From Tubiluchus corallicola (taxonomy: Eukaryota > Animalia > Priapulida): a stretch of 64,000 bases of DNA. The stretch lies in the NCBI GenBank assembly GCA_030141605.1, contig JAQGDQ010000174.1, positions 186,001 to 250,000 on the forward strand. The letters run 5' to 3'. The position numbers and the translations under genes are program-made. The notes under the pieces are model-generated. The model had not been told where the DNA came from, made no database searches, and saw only the letters and a list, made by a program, of their open reading frames with translations. How positions within the stretch are numbered: position 1 is the first letter of the stretch; each line of letters begins with the position of its first letter. This document shows, piece by piece, positions 11,901 through 25,200 of this stretch.

Positions 11901-14900
11901 ATTCATGATAGCCAGGTTTCTGCAAATTCTATTTCAGTTATTAAATTGCATTTTCAGCAAGTTGAGGAGCCACACCCTGTACAAGATTTCGTCTTTCTGC
12001 CAGAAGCTCGCCTAAAACGAGAGGCAAGAGATCTGGCCTTATTCTCACCTGATCGAACAAGAGGCGACATTCCGTCGAGCCACGAAAGCAAACCTCCATC
12101 TAGCGGTTCTCTACCTGGTTTAGCATCAGAAGGCGTATTACCTCTGCCAACTGTTCCGTCGTCTGTCACCGATGTCTCTACTAGGTATTTGTCTTTGTGA
12201 ATTTGATTTGTGAGACTAGCTTTTTAGTTTTTATTACTTTTACAATAGTTACATTACTTGTTGTGTAGCATGCTGTCTTAATGATAAATTTTGCTTTCAT
12301 CATTTTTGACATTCTTATCATTACGTGTTTTGGATGCTACTGTAGGGACTTATCCCATTAAAGCACAAGAATTGCTACATAAAGCAAAAAAAATCGTCTT
12401 GAAATTTTGAATCACCTACAAGTTACGCTGTCTTATTGTGAACAGTAGTTGTGTTAGCACACTGTACAAAAACTTGTAAATTTAAATTCTGGCGATGACT
12501 GTTAGGTGCAACCATTTTAACGGTAGGTCGTTTGTAACAAGAGTAACGTTGCACAAAGTTTTAAAAAACAATCAAAGCTTTTGTAGTATACTTCACTAAC
12601 TAAGCAAAGACATAAATTACTTGATCTTATCAAGAAGATTAATAGCATGATTTTTGGTTAGTCAGTGGTGTCTTATTAGGCGCCGGGAACATTTAAATTG
12701 CTAAGAATTTTCTTTCACAGTTACACACGTCTTTCAAACAGATAAGCGTAATGCTAAGAATTTAAATATGTAGACATTTTTTTGGTAAATACATTAAAAT
12801 TGCCTTTTTTCCTCTTTAACTTTTGCTTTTATTGCTTGTATAGAGAGCATAACTGAATAGGCATCTTAAAGAAAACAGTGAAAATAAAAACAGGCAGTTT
12901 TGACTCGAGATGAATTAGTAAAGACAATTCTATAAAAATTGGAATAAGAAAACTGTGTGTTTTAGTTTTAAAAATATTGATGCAATTCAATGTGACCCTA
13001 TACATGCAGTCTTGCACCTTTTCTATTTTGTTACAGAGACAACAGGATGCAAATCACTTTTGCCAAAGAGTCTGATTCCGGTCAGTACAAATGTGTGGCT
13101 AGTAGCATTTCTGGAGACATTCAAAAAGATTTTTATGTTCAAGTTTTAGGTAAGTTTTATGTTAGTTCAATGCATATATAATGTTTTTATAAATGACTTA
13201 ATTTAACTGTTGATACTTTTATTAATATGTTATATTATAGTAAATATTATATCCAACAGGATAAAAGGTGCCTGAATGTCTCAATTTCATTTTGTCTAGA
13301 TGACGTTATTAACAATGTTTATGGTCTTGTAACTTGTCAAATCTGCCATGCTAGGGCTACTCACCTGCACTATTCTTGTTCACGTATTTTCTTGTTTATT
13401 TTTTGGTTATGACAAGCAATGGCACGTGAGTTTTCAAAACTTACACCATTGACTGAGAATGTTTAAGTGGTGGTTTGTGGCAAATTTCAGTAGGCTAAGA
13501 AGTGACTTGTTGAACGTTTTAACATGAAACGAAACGAACTTTTTTAAGCCATCTGATATGGAAGATATCGGGGAATTATAAATTCATGTTTAGTAAATAA
13601 AAACTACAGGAAGACGAGATAAATTAAAACACTGTGTTCATATCTTAAGATCGTTATTTTGATTACAAGATTTGTTATTAGACTTAATTCACCATTGATG
13701 CATAGATTTTTTATTAATTCAACTCTTCATCATAATGTTGTTATTTTCGATTAAAATCACAGATATTTCTGTTTAGCTTAATTATTCAGCAATCAATGTT
13801 AATTCGGTATTAATGTACTTTCACTTGAAACTACAGATATTTTTATTCAGTTAATTAGTATCGTGCTAAGCAGAAATCAACATTGATGTCGCATCATTGG
13901 CCGTATTTTTACTTTAATACAGGTAACTTTATTATTTGACACGTATAACTTTGTAATAATTTTTGCATTTTTACAGTCTGCTTTTTCCCTCTCACTTCTT
14001 CTTTTTTCCAACAGTTCCTCCTGAAATAGAAGAAACCGAGCAAGATCTTGTTGTGGTGGAGAACCACCCCGTCACAATCGAGTGCCCTTCTACTGGATCA
14101 CCCCAGCCGATCGTAACCTGGCTCAAAAATGGGGAGCTCATTCATTTCGAGCAAGCGTACAGTGAGAAGATACAAATAATGTCGAGCGGCAATGTTTTAC
14201 ACATTCCAAGTGCCGAGCAAATGCATGAAGCCAAGTACATGTGCAGAGTTACGAATGATGCCGGTCTTTCAGAGAGGGAATTCCGCCTGACAGTGTTAGG
14301 TAGGTTACCAAATGTTTTGCTTAGCAGAATAACTGCACGGGTATCCTCTTTAACGATAATTTCTCAGTGTGAAACATTCTTCTTTTTTTGTAGAATAACC
14401 TAATCTTTTCCTTTTCTAAATTGATAAGTAACAGTGATTCTCAATAGACTGTCTGAAAATAAAGTGTTAAAGTTTTTGTTAAATATCAAAAAAACCGTAT
14501 TGAATTTAGATATTAAATTTAACTATACTAAAATTTAAAACGTCAGTCTTAAAGTTTTTGTTAAATATTAAAAATACCACATTAGATTTAGATATTAAAT
14601 TTAACTATATTAAAATTTAAAAGTCCGCAATATTTCACAGTCTGTGTCAAATCTTATTACTGATTGACAAACTTGCAGACTTTGTATCTGTAGCATTCCC
14701 ATCTTTTTATTAAGTCTGTGATTTTTAGAAATTTTTTTGCATTGAGAAATGGAGTTCGAATGTTATGGTGTTAGTTTCCTATACTGCAGAGTCATTCATG
14801 TTTTTTAATGTTTTTAGTGCATTTTCCTTTAGAAATTATAAAAATAAAAATATAATTGCTTTTCAAATTCGTACTCTTTTAGTTTCTTAATAAAATAACT

Positions 14901-17900
14901 GGCCTGTTTGGCATGAAAGCAAGATACACTGCCATCTTATGGTTATTCTAAATATGGTGTCGTTGCATATTTAATGAATTTGGAGAAATTAGTGTCCTAA
15001 GGGAGATGTCATTAAATGTAATACTTGAGGTCCAGGATGTTACTAAAATATTCTATGTAATAACGTTTATGAAATAACAAACTATTTCATTAATTTCTTA
15101 TATGAAGAACAATAGAGACAGATACTGTCAATGAACAATAGTCTATTTAGGAAGTATTTTTTATTCTAGTGATTGAATATTTCTCTTTCTTCTTTAGATT
15201 ATATTTTTATATGTTTCCTGTAATTCTCTAAATTTGTGTTCAAATAAAGACATAAATATTTTAGATTTATGTACACATTGCAGTCTACTCTAATTTATTG
15301 TATTCTCTACCAGTTTATGTGTGTAAAGTTCAAAGTTTTAAAGACAATTATTAAACAAGCCTGGTAGCTTTACTAATTGGTTCTGTAACAAATGGGGATG
15401 CTTCTATGATCTTACGCAGCTCACAGAGCTCGTAATTGAGGAAGACAACTAATTATAAATGTCGGCTTTATATACCAAAACAAAGAAAATATTCATTTTT
15501 TCTTGTTGTTTTCTATTATAGTGCCTCCAAGCATTCCAAATACAGTCAAAGATCATTATCAGGTGATTCGTCATGGAACTATCACAATCGGCTGCCCAGC
15601 TGTTGGTAAACCACCTCCCGAAATACGATGGATGAAAAATGGGCGACGTTTTAATGCGAAAAAGCATGAGGTGCTAAACTTTTCTTTCAAATGAATTTAC
15701 AGTGTAACCTTGTGCATTAATCTTATGGCAGTATGCATTAAAACATTGTCCAGCTTTTACTTTGGTCAAAGAGAATAAAGAACTTAGTTAATTCATTTCA
15801 GTTAGTTCAGTAAGTCACAGCCTATGCTCAGCTTTAATGCAAAACTGGACCCAATCTTAAAACTGTAGGTCAGACTAACCTACACTTTTAAATAAGGAAA
15901 GCAGACATACTATTTTTTCCATAATGCCTTACATGAAATAATTATTACCACACAAGCGCAATTTCACATTTGCACCACTAGTTATTCACTGTTATTTCGC
16001 CATTCGATTTTGTGTTAATTCTTTATGGATATTGATGATTATATGACATGTAAATTTTCTAGCTCTTTGTTTATTTATCTTTACTTCCTAGATTAATGCT
16101 AATGGTAAGCAGCTGAAACTGAAGCGCATCACGGGCCGTCATGCCGGGACCTATACGTGCCGGGCGCAGAATTCGGCAGGAGAAGCAGAGAAGGACTTTA
16201 GAGTCGAAGTTTTATGTAAGTCATTTTAGCTACAGTAAACTGATGTCTGAAAATATGCATTCTTACGTATCGTGTATGTTTTCTGAGTACTTTACATCAG
16301 TTAAAATTAATTTCAGTGCCACCCATAATCAATACACCTTCGCAAGACTACGACTTGATGGTGGATCAGCCGTTGAATTTGGAATGTGCAGTTGAAGGAA
16401 CACCTAAACCCATAGTCAACTGGCTCATTGATGGACAAGGTCTGACTCCAGAAAGGGCTAGTACAAAGGACATCAAATTGTCAAGGTAGTCCATATATTT
16501 TGTATCTTGTGGCTTTCTATTGTATTACATTTACAGTTGTGCAGTTGTGCTCATGAAAAATAAATCAAGCAAATTGTATTTGTAGCTTAGCTAAAGAATA
16601 ATCAAACCTATTGAAAATGTACTGAAATTACATATGATTTGCATGTAGTATTTAGAATAAGATATGTAACACAATTTTTACCAACTATTTGTTTATGAAT
16701 TGACAAAGAACCATACTAAAAAGCAGTTTCAAAATTTTTCCAAAACATTGACAGATTTCTGGAATTTAAGTTTTTTTTTTGATGCAGTCCTGTAAAAAAC
16801 TTAGCAACTTTTCATTGCATGTCCTAGGTGTATTGACGTTTTGTAATGTTATCTACAATTAAAACATACAGCAAATCATGAATTATCTCTGTTTGTACAT
16901 CAGAAAACATTTTTTTAAGTTAATGGTGAAAATAGCTTGTTAAATACATGCTTTTCGTAATAGTAAGTACCCAATATTTTCATTTTTTTGTTTGTAATGA
17001 TTTATTAATTGTACTTATTGTTGTTTTGTTATGGCGCATAGGTCAGGTCAGAAACTAGATGTGGCACGTATACAGACACATCACTCAGGCATCTATACAT
17101 GTCAAGCTGAAAATGATGCTGGAGAGGATGCAAGAGATTTTCATATACAAGTATTTGGTAAAATTTGACATCGCTTTTTGTATTTTATGCTAGTTTAACT
17201 ATTTGCCAAGAAAGCATACAGTGCAGTTGTCTGTCCTAATTTTGCTTAGTGCACAAAATGTTTGTCGGAAAGGTGATTCAGTAATAGTTCTTCATAAATA
17301 ATATTATACAATATAATTCTATATGGCTTTATATTTGGTATGTATTCTTCCAGTTGCTCCAACCATTAACCTAAAAGGTGCAGACGAGCTTCGGGTACTA
17401 ATCGACCAGCCTGTTACAATTGAATGTCCAGTATCAGGAGTTCCACCACCATCTATTGTTTGGCTGAAAGATGGTTATCCTCTAGATCACCAAGAAGCTC
17501 TGATAAACAACATTCGAATAGGTATGATTAGTAAAGTAAAAAAGTTCTCTAGTGCCCCGGATTTTTCTGCACTAACTGCTTAGCAACTAATTCATTTTCT
17601 TTTGCTTTTGCTGCTATTAATCTTGTATTTTGCTTAAAAATGGTTTGACATAACATTTTGAAATTTTCCTAGTACAAGACTAATATGAATGTGTGTTGTA
17701 AAAAAAGCTGGTGTTTAAAGAGAGGAGTTAATTAACATCTCTTGAGTTTAAAAAGTGTAATTTATTTCAAAGGATACGACAAGCGTGAAGACAAATTTGT
17801 TCACTCTTTGCTTCTAAAAGTTTGTGTTTTTTATTAATATGAACCATTCTAGAGTCATCTTGTTACTATTATAAATAATTAGGCCTACTGTGAACTGATA

Positions 17901-19200
17901 CACTAACTCGAGGTAGTATCATAGCTTATTATTTACTGTTATACCATATGTCATAACATACATATATACTAATCTATTCTAAATAAAGGGTGTAAGTTCT
18001 TCGTATGCGAAAATTCATTGCATGAAAATATCTACAGTTTAGTGAATTTGCATGATCTGTTGCTGCATTATGTGAGAACTAATGCATTAATGCTTCTATC
18101 CAGTTTTTATTTTACTCATGAAAATGATCTTAGAATACTAACCACATTATCTGTTTAGAGCCAATGAATGGGTTACTATTGTTTGAAGGTGTGTCATATA
18201 TGGCTTCATATGTCCATGGCACTTTTTCATATACAATTGATGCTGGTAAGATATTTCTTACAGATGCATAATATTTGTATCTCAGATTAATCAGTTTTTA
18301 ATTTTAATGTGCATTAAGCTTATGCAATATGCTGAAGACATAGAAAAGGCTTTACCATATGGAGTGACAATATGCGAATAAAGATAGTGAATATATATAT
18401 AGTTAACTTTCATAATGTATTGCTGTTAGACTTGTTGGATCGGGTATTACAGAGTAGAGTGGCTGAATTACTTGCCAAGAATAACGATTATCAGTTTAGT
18501 ATTATTTGTGCTCTTATTGTGTCCTTTGTGGTCATTTATTTGCTAGTGTGGAAACTGTGGTTTATATCACGTGTTTCATCTTGTTAAAGTTTTTCTTTTT
18601 CTGTGTAGTTAAAGGAGGAGAACAGCTGCACATAACCAGAGCACAGCTGGAACATGACTCAACTTACACTTGCCGCGCTTCTAATGCTGCAGGAGAGGCA
18701 GATAAGACATTTGACTTAAGCGTCTTGGGTAGGTTTTCGTTGCATTTCTCTTTTAAAAATGTCAATTTCATGCCAAAAATCAACGATTCATTTTTCTGGT
18801 AAGCAAAATTTCATATCAGAAATTGTTAAAGCTTTTGCTAATGTATCAGTTTTTCACAAATTTAATTGTTTTTTTTAGTGGAACCTACAATAGATATGGC
18901 AAACGTTCACGGCATATTGAGAGTTGTCCTGGACGAATCTATCACTGTTGAATGTCCAGCAAGGGGTAGCCCTCGTCCACAGGTGTCCTGGCTTCAAGAC
19001 AGGTTGCCGTTGCCAGAAAATAACAGATATGAACAACTAGATGACGGTTTCATGTTCAGGTTAGTATATAACAAGGGTTACAAATTGCAAAACTTTACAA
19101 TAATAAATTATTTTTCAATGTCTTCTCAACTTATTAACAGTTATGTTAATTGTTGTTGGTAAATCTAAACTGTTAGGTTTAAAGTCTTATAATGATGATG

Positions 19201-19263
<63 letters not shown>

Positions 19264-22200
19264 TGATAATATTGATTTCCTTTGAGACACATAGTCTGGG
19301 CTAACATGTTAACTCCATCAGGACCACACCATTCAAAATAGGTCTTATAAGACCTATGATTATTCTGCTACTGTATGAGCACAGACATAACTAATTGATT
19401 ACAAATTAGGTCCTGTTCTATTCAGGAGAAGCACTTTAAGCATTTATAAGTGACTTAAACAAAATTTAGAAAAACATGCTGTTTTCAGGCACTCCGACTT
19501 ATCCAATTGAGTTGGTTAGTCTGGTGTACACTTGGGCGAATGTACACCCTAATTTATTGATCACCTGCTTGTTATAGCCCAAGCTGTGTAGTGTTCTGCT
19601 GCTATTCTGGGAAAAACCAACCAAAAGCCAAGGTCAAATTAAGGTCATTTCACCTTTTAACAGTTATGTGCATTAACTTAAATGACGCCATGCAAAATGT
19701 AGCAAACGCTTACAATCCCAAAGGAGTTAAATAACGCAATACTTATTTATGTGGTCCTGATTATTATTACATGTAAGTTGCTTTAATAAACCTGCGTGCT
19801 TGATCAAAGCACTAGTGATACCATTTCTTTCTTTGGTATGACTCGGTCAGCAATTGAACCCATGACCTCCCGGGTGAGAACCGTGCATGCTATCATTAAG
19901 CTATACTACCCTATATAAATGTTGTCAAAGTGAAATTCTACAGTTATAAATGTTTTCATCGATTTTTTTTATAAGGCAAAGCAAAATGATTGAACCAATG
20001 CTAAAATTGCTAAGATATAATATCAGCTATAATTTTTGTCAGTATTTAGTATTGCCATAGCTTTTGAAGACTTATAAGTGAAATTTATTGCATTTTAGTC
20101 TAAGAATAACTGATGCGAAAGTAACCGATGAGGCTCTCTATACTTGTATTGCATCAAACGAAGCAGGAAGAACTCACCAAGATTTCAGTCTCATGGTCAT
20201 GGGTAAATTCCTAATATTTATATTATTCTTTGATAAAATGACTTGTGAAAACTCAGCACAATTGCGATTGTTATTAAACAAAAACTTATGTGCTTCTGTG
20301 TTTAAATGAGATTATGCTAGGAATTATCGTTATTGCAACAAAATTTTCTTTTTTGTAAGTATAAATTACAATATTTTCTCAGATCAAAATAATTAGTGTT
20401 TTGCTGTTTCACCTTTAAATGGTATTGATTTTTTTAGAAATGCCGCTTTTGTACATGTTTTATACTAACTTGATTACCCTACATTGTCCTAGCTTAATTT
20501 CATCTGATGTTACAGTTCACCAATAATTACTGACTCAGGTACCATAGAAACTGTTCCATTTTATACTAACTTGATTACCTACATTGTCCTGCTTGATTTC
20601 ATCTGATTTTACAGTTCCACAGTATTACTGACTCATACCATAGAAACTGTTCCAGTTTATCTAACTTGATTATCCTACATTGTTCTTGTTTGATTTCATC
20701 TGATTTTACAGTTCCACCAGTAATTACTCACTCAGTTACCGTAGAAACTGTTCCAGTTTATACTAACTTGATTACCCTACATTGTCCTTGCTTGATTTCA
20801 TCTGATTTTACAGTTCCACCAGTAATTACGGACTCAGTCACCATAGAAACTGTTCCTGTTTATACTAACTTGATTACCCTACATTGTCCTAGCTTGATTT
20901 CATCTGATTTTACAGTTCCACCAGTAGTTACTGACTCACTTACCATAGAAACTGTTCCAGTTTATACTAACTTGATTATCCTACATTGTCCTAGCTTGAT
21001 TTCATCTGATTTTACAGTTCCACCAGTAATTACCGACTCTGGTACCATAGAAACTGTTCCAGTGATAAATAACCACAGATTATATCTGGAGTGTTCAGCA
21101 AGTGGAAGTCCTTTGCCTGAAATAATTTGGTACAAAGTGAGTTTCATTAGTGCATTATCTTAGGTCGTAGCAGTAGCTATAAAGTAATTAGTAGTATCTA
21201 TTAAGTCATTTTTATACAATTTTGTGGATATTTTCAAAATTATTGCTATGATGCTGCATTGTCTCTGAGAAATTTTTGTTGCTGTTTGGCTACATCGTAT
21301 TTTGATAGATGAATGATCACATGGCTAATAAATCACAAGTGATAGATTACAGTATCAAACATCTATCACATTCTATTTTTATGATGCTTATTTATATTAC
21401 ATTAAAAAGTCATGCTGACTGTGCTTACTAAGTTTGTCATCATTAACTGTTTATGTATAATTATATATATGCATATATGTGTGTGTGTGTGTGTGTGCGT
21501 GCGTGCGTGCGTGTGTGTGTTTGTGTGTGTGTGTGTAAACTATGAAGTATTTTGCTTCACCCAGTTTTTAGACGCAACACAATTTCTCACCTCATCTTGT
21601 CTTGAAGCATAAAATCTTCTCTCTTCCTTGAATTGTTATTATTTAAATTGACATTACTGACATCGGCATTATTGTCGAGAATGTCTTTGCAGTTGTTGAT
21701 GTAGTTTTAAGTTACATTATATAAAGAATAAACAGTATCTCTAATTTGGGAATGTCACAAATCTATTCATTACATATTGTGTAACTATGGTAATATATAA
21801 AATAGGCCCCTATTTAATTATTGCTCCGTTTTATTAAGTGAGCAGTATAATAATTCCAGTCAAACATCTTTATTGCACATTTTGGATCACAACGTTTGGG
21901 ATATAACATTGTCATCCTTGTTTTCTGCCAACAGGAAACATCGGTTTTATTCTTACTGTTATTAGTAAACTTGGCTTTAGTTGCTAGTGTAGAAGGCTTT
22001 TGTTTATAGTATTTCTCTAGGAAAGACTGAGCATGGTATATGGTATACATGTATTACCAAGAATTGCAGCAATTGCTATAATAGTCAATGGAAGTGGTGC
22101 TGACAAGCCTGTATTTGCTGTCCAATGGACTGTCTACTGTGTGTTCACCTCTCTTGAAGCTGACTTTTTTATCGTACTTTTCTCTGCCCATTCTAATGCT

Positions 22201-25200
22201 TTTGTAGCCACCTACCGAAGCTTTTTTGTCCAAATTGTGATGTAAAACATTTTATGTCTTTTTTTTTAGGATGGAACAAGAGTGAAACCTGGATCTAATA
22301 TAGTCCTAACAAGAAACCAGCTTCGGATTCTACGTGCCAGTTATAATGACACTGGTAGATACACATGTAAAGCCAGGAATGCAGCTGGCGAGGCTGATAA
22401 AATGTATATTGTGAAAACACTGCGTAAGTTATAACATTTGTGACCACTTTACCTAAGCATATAATTATTGAGTACTTTATTTGGCAAATGATAGATTGAA
22501 AGTTTTTTTGAAAGTAAACATTCGTCTAAAAAGTGTACGGCAGTTATGCTACCAAAAATTGTTTTCCTGTGTAACTGTTAAATAGGAAACTAACCGTTTT
22601 TGTTGCAGACTAAATAAACTCTTCATGAAGTAGTTGCTGATGCTATTGTCATGCAGTCAGCAAAAAAATTTAATGCAAAGAATCAGCTTAGTTGTCTATC
22701 AGTACCACACTGTACTGTGAGCATTACTTTGAGCAAGTAGCAGCTTTGTATTTCTTTAATCAGCTTTTCTCTAAAGAGATTAATAAATCTTTTTTCACTA
22801 GCTAGTGAATATTTTGTACAATATTTTCATCGAATACGTCTTTTTAAATTTAGTGCCTCCACAGATTGATGGAACAGAAAGAGCAGAACAAATATCAGCA
22901 GTAGTATCCGACTCCGTTACCCTGGATTGCAATGCTGGCGGATCTCCACCACCTGTTGTTACGTGGATTAAATCTGGTGTTCCAGTACAGCGAAATAGTG
23001 GATATCAGCTATCCGTAAGCAGATTTTGTAGTAATAGCGAATTGATTAAATTGGTTGATAATCTACTTTTAACCTTCGTGTAGTTTGCAAATTGTTTGTA
23101 AGCGTTTTAGACTTACATTATTAAGCAAGTTTTCTTAGAAATGCCTAATGAAAAACAAAATGTAATGCTAGCTATTTGTTGAATAGGGTTTCATTATATG
23201 ACTCTATTATCTCGTGTTAAAAAAAGACGTCTTTTTTCCATTTATTAAGCACTACGATAGTATTATTTAACTTTTTAGTGGTAAGTGGCGATTTCTGTTG
23301 TTTCATGTACTATTGAGTTACTTGCTGGTTCAACAGTAGAACTAAATATTTCTGGAAAAATTTATTGCACTGATTGCAGTGTTATGATAGGTTCTTTGCT
23401 AACGTAGAACAATGTAGTTAACTAGTCACTGTTACAGTTCTTTTTCTATCACTTGAAAAGTAAGTAGTTACTTTTACAATTCTTTTAAAAAGTAACTGGT
23501 ACATAACTTATCATGTCTGGTGTGATTATGAGACCGTTAAATTTCAACTCTAGAAATTTCAGTCTTGAACTCATGCTACTGACTTGCATGGCAAAAACTG
23601 CTGTTTAAAAACCATAAGTTGTACAGTAGAAGAATCTAATGGGTAGGGAAAAAAGACAACAATATTTATATGGCATGCGGTTAATAAACTTTGATTTGAT
23701 ACTAGATGATGGTAAAAGTAACTGTTATTTTCACTATAAGTTACAACAGAAACGGAAGTAGTTGGAGTTACAAGTTAGCCTCTAAAAAATTCTGACTCAT
23801 TGCAGTTACTGTTCCGCAATTTTGGAACTATTTTTTGGAACTACACTCATATCTCTGTTTACAGTAGTATGCTAAAGTCTAATACTACTGGTCTAATAAT
23901 ACTTCGGTTTACAGTAGGTTGTTAAAGTCTACTAAGCTAATACAGTAGGTGCCGTGTATTAGACTCACGGTAATGTAGAATCAATTACCTAATTGTCTGA
24001 AAAATGTCTAGTATGGGCCGCTCCAGACATACAAGCTACGCATGCGCATGTCATTACACGCTCATTGGTTGCACTGATGTAATGGTGTAAACAAAGTAAC
24101 GGCCCACCAACTAGCAATCAGCTCGCGAAACAACGTACTGCGTCCGTAGTATGCAAGACTTTTAACAGTCCAGATTTGCCCATTATCTGCAAAAGCGAGG
24201 TCCAGCAAATCGAGATATGAGTGTGGTCTCATTTGTACTGGGTTAATCCTATCACTGACTAATTGGAAAGCCTATGTTGTTCCTTTCCAAAGCCTCGCTG
24301 AATGAATGACTATGGTTTCTGTATTCTCGTTCATGATTGTTTTTGCTTTACAGCATAATGGGCAGAAATTATACATTCCTAACGTGCAGATCATCGATGC
24401 AGGGCAGTTCCGCTGTACTGCTTCAAATGCCGCTGGAAACACCACCAAAGATTTCATTTTAGATGTACTTGGTAATTACTTAACATATTTTGGAACAAAT
24501 AAAAATTTTGGAACATATTGAAGCAGCCAACATGACACCACAAGACATCAGAGTTTTGTAAACTTAATGGTTTAACAATATGCTTCTAGTTTTTGCTTCC
24601 TTAAGTATTTTTTTACTTTTGGAAATTTTGTTGTTTATTTGTTTGGTAACTGTGTGTTCTTTGTGCCACTTGGAAAGATGCATATATAATGCGTGGTAAA
24701 GCTTTGAGATGTTAACGTAAAAAGATCAATCTTGACTTTATATGCACTATAATTTCAGTACAATATGATATCAATTTTTTCTATGAACTTAACTTGTCAT
24801 TTTTAGTGGAACCTAGAATTAAGAACAGTATCCCATCCATCACAGCTGTGAAAGAAAGTACAGTGACAATACCTTGTGAAGTGGAAGGCTTGCCAACACC
24901 AAACGTAAAAACACTTTATATAATAACTAGTTTTTCAATTCTGACTCGTTAAATGTAAATATACAGTATGACTGTCACCTTTATTAAGTTTGCAAAACAT
25001 TTACACGATGCTTGCTAAGTGAAACTATTCTGTTTACACAATATATTTAATGTATGTATGGAGAGGAGGGGTATAAATTACTTTCTGAGTCAAACGAAAT
25101 ACATTCATTACCTGTTGCAATTGATTAGACTGATTTGGGAATGATAATTACGTGTATTTTTATCTGTATAATCTAGCTTGAAATGCAATGTTTACTGATT

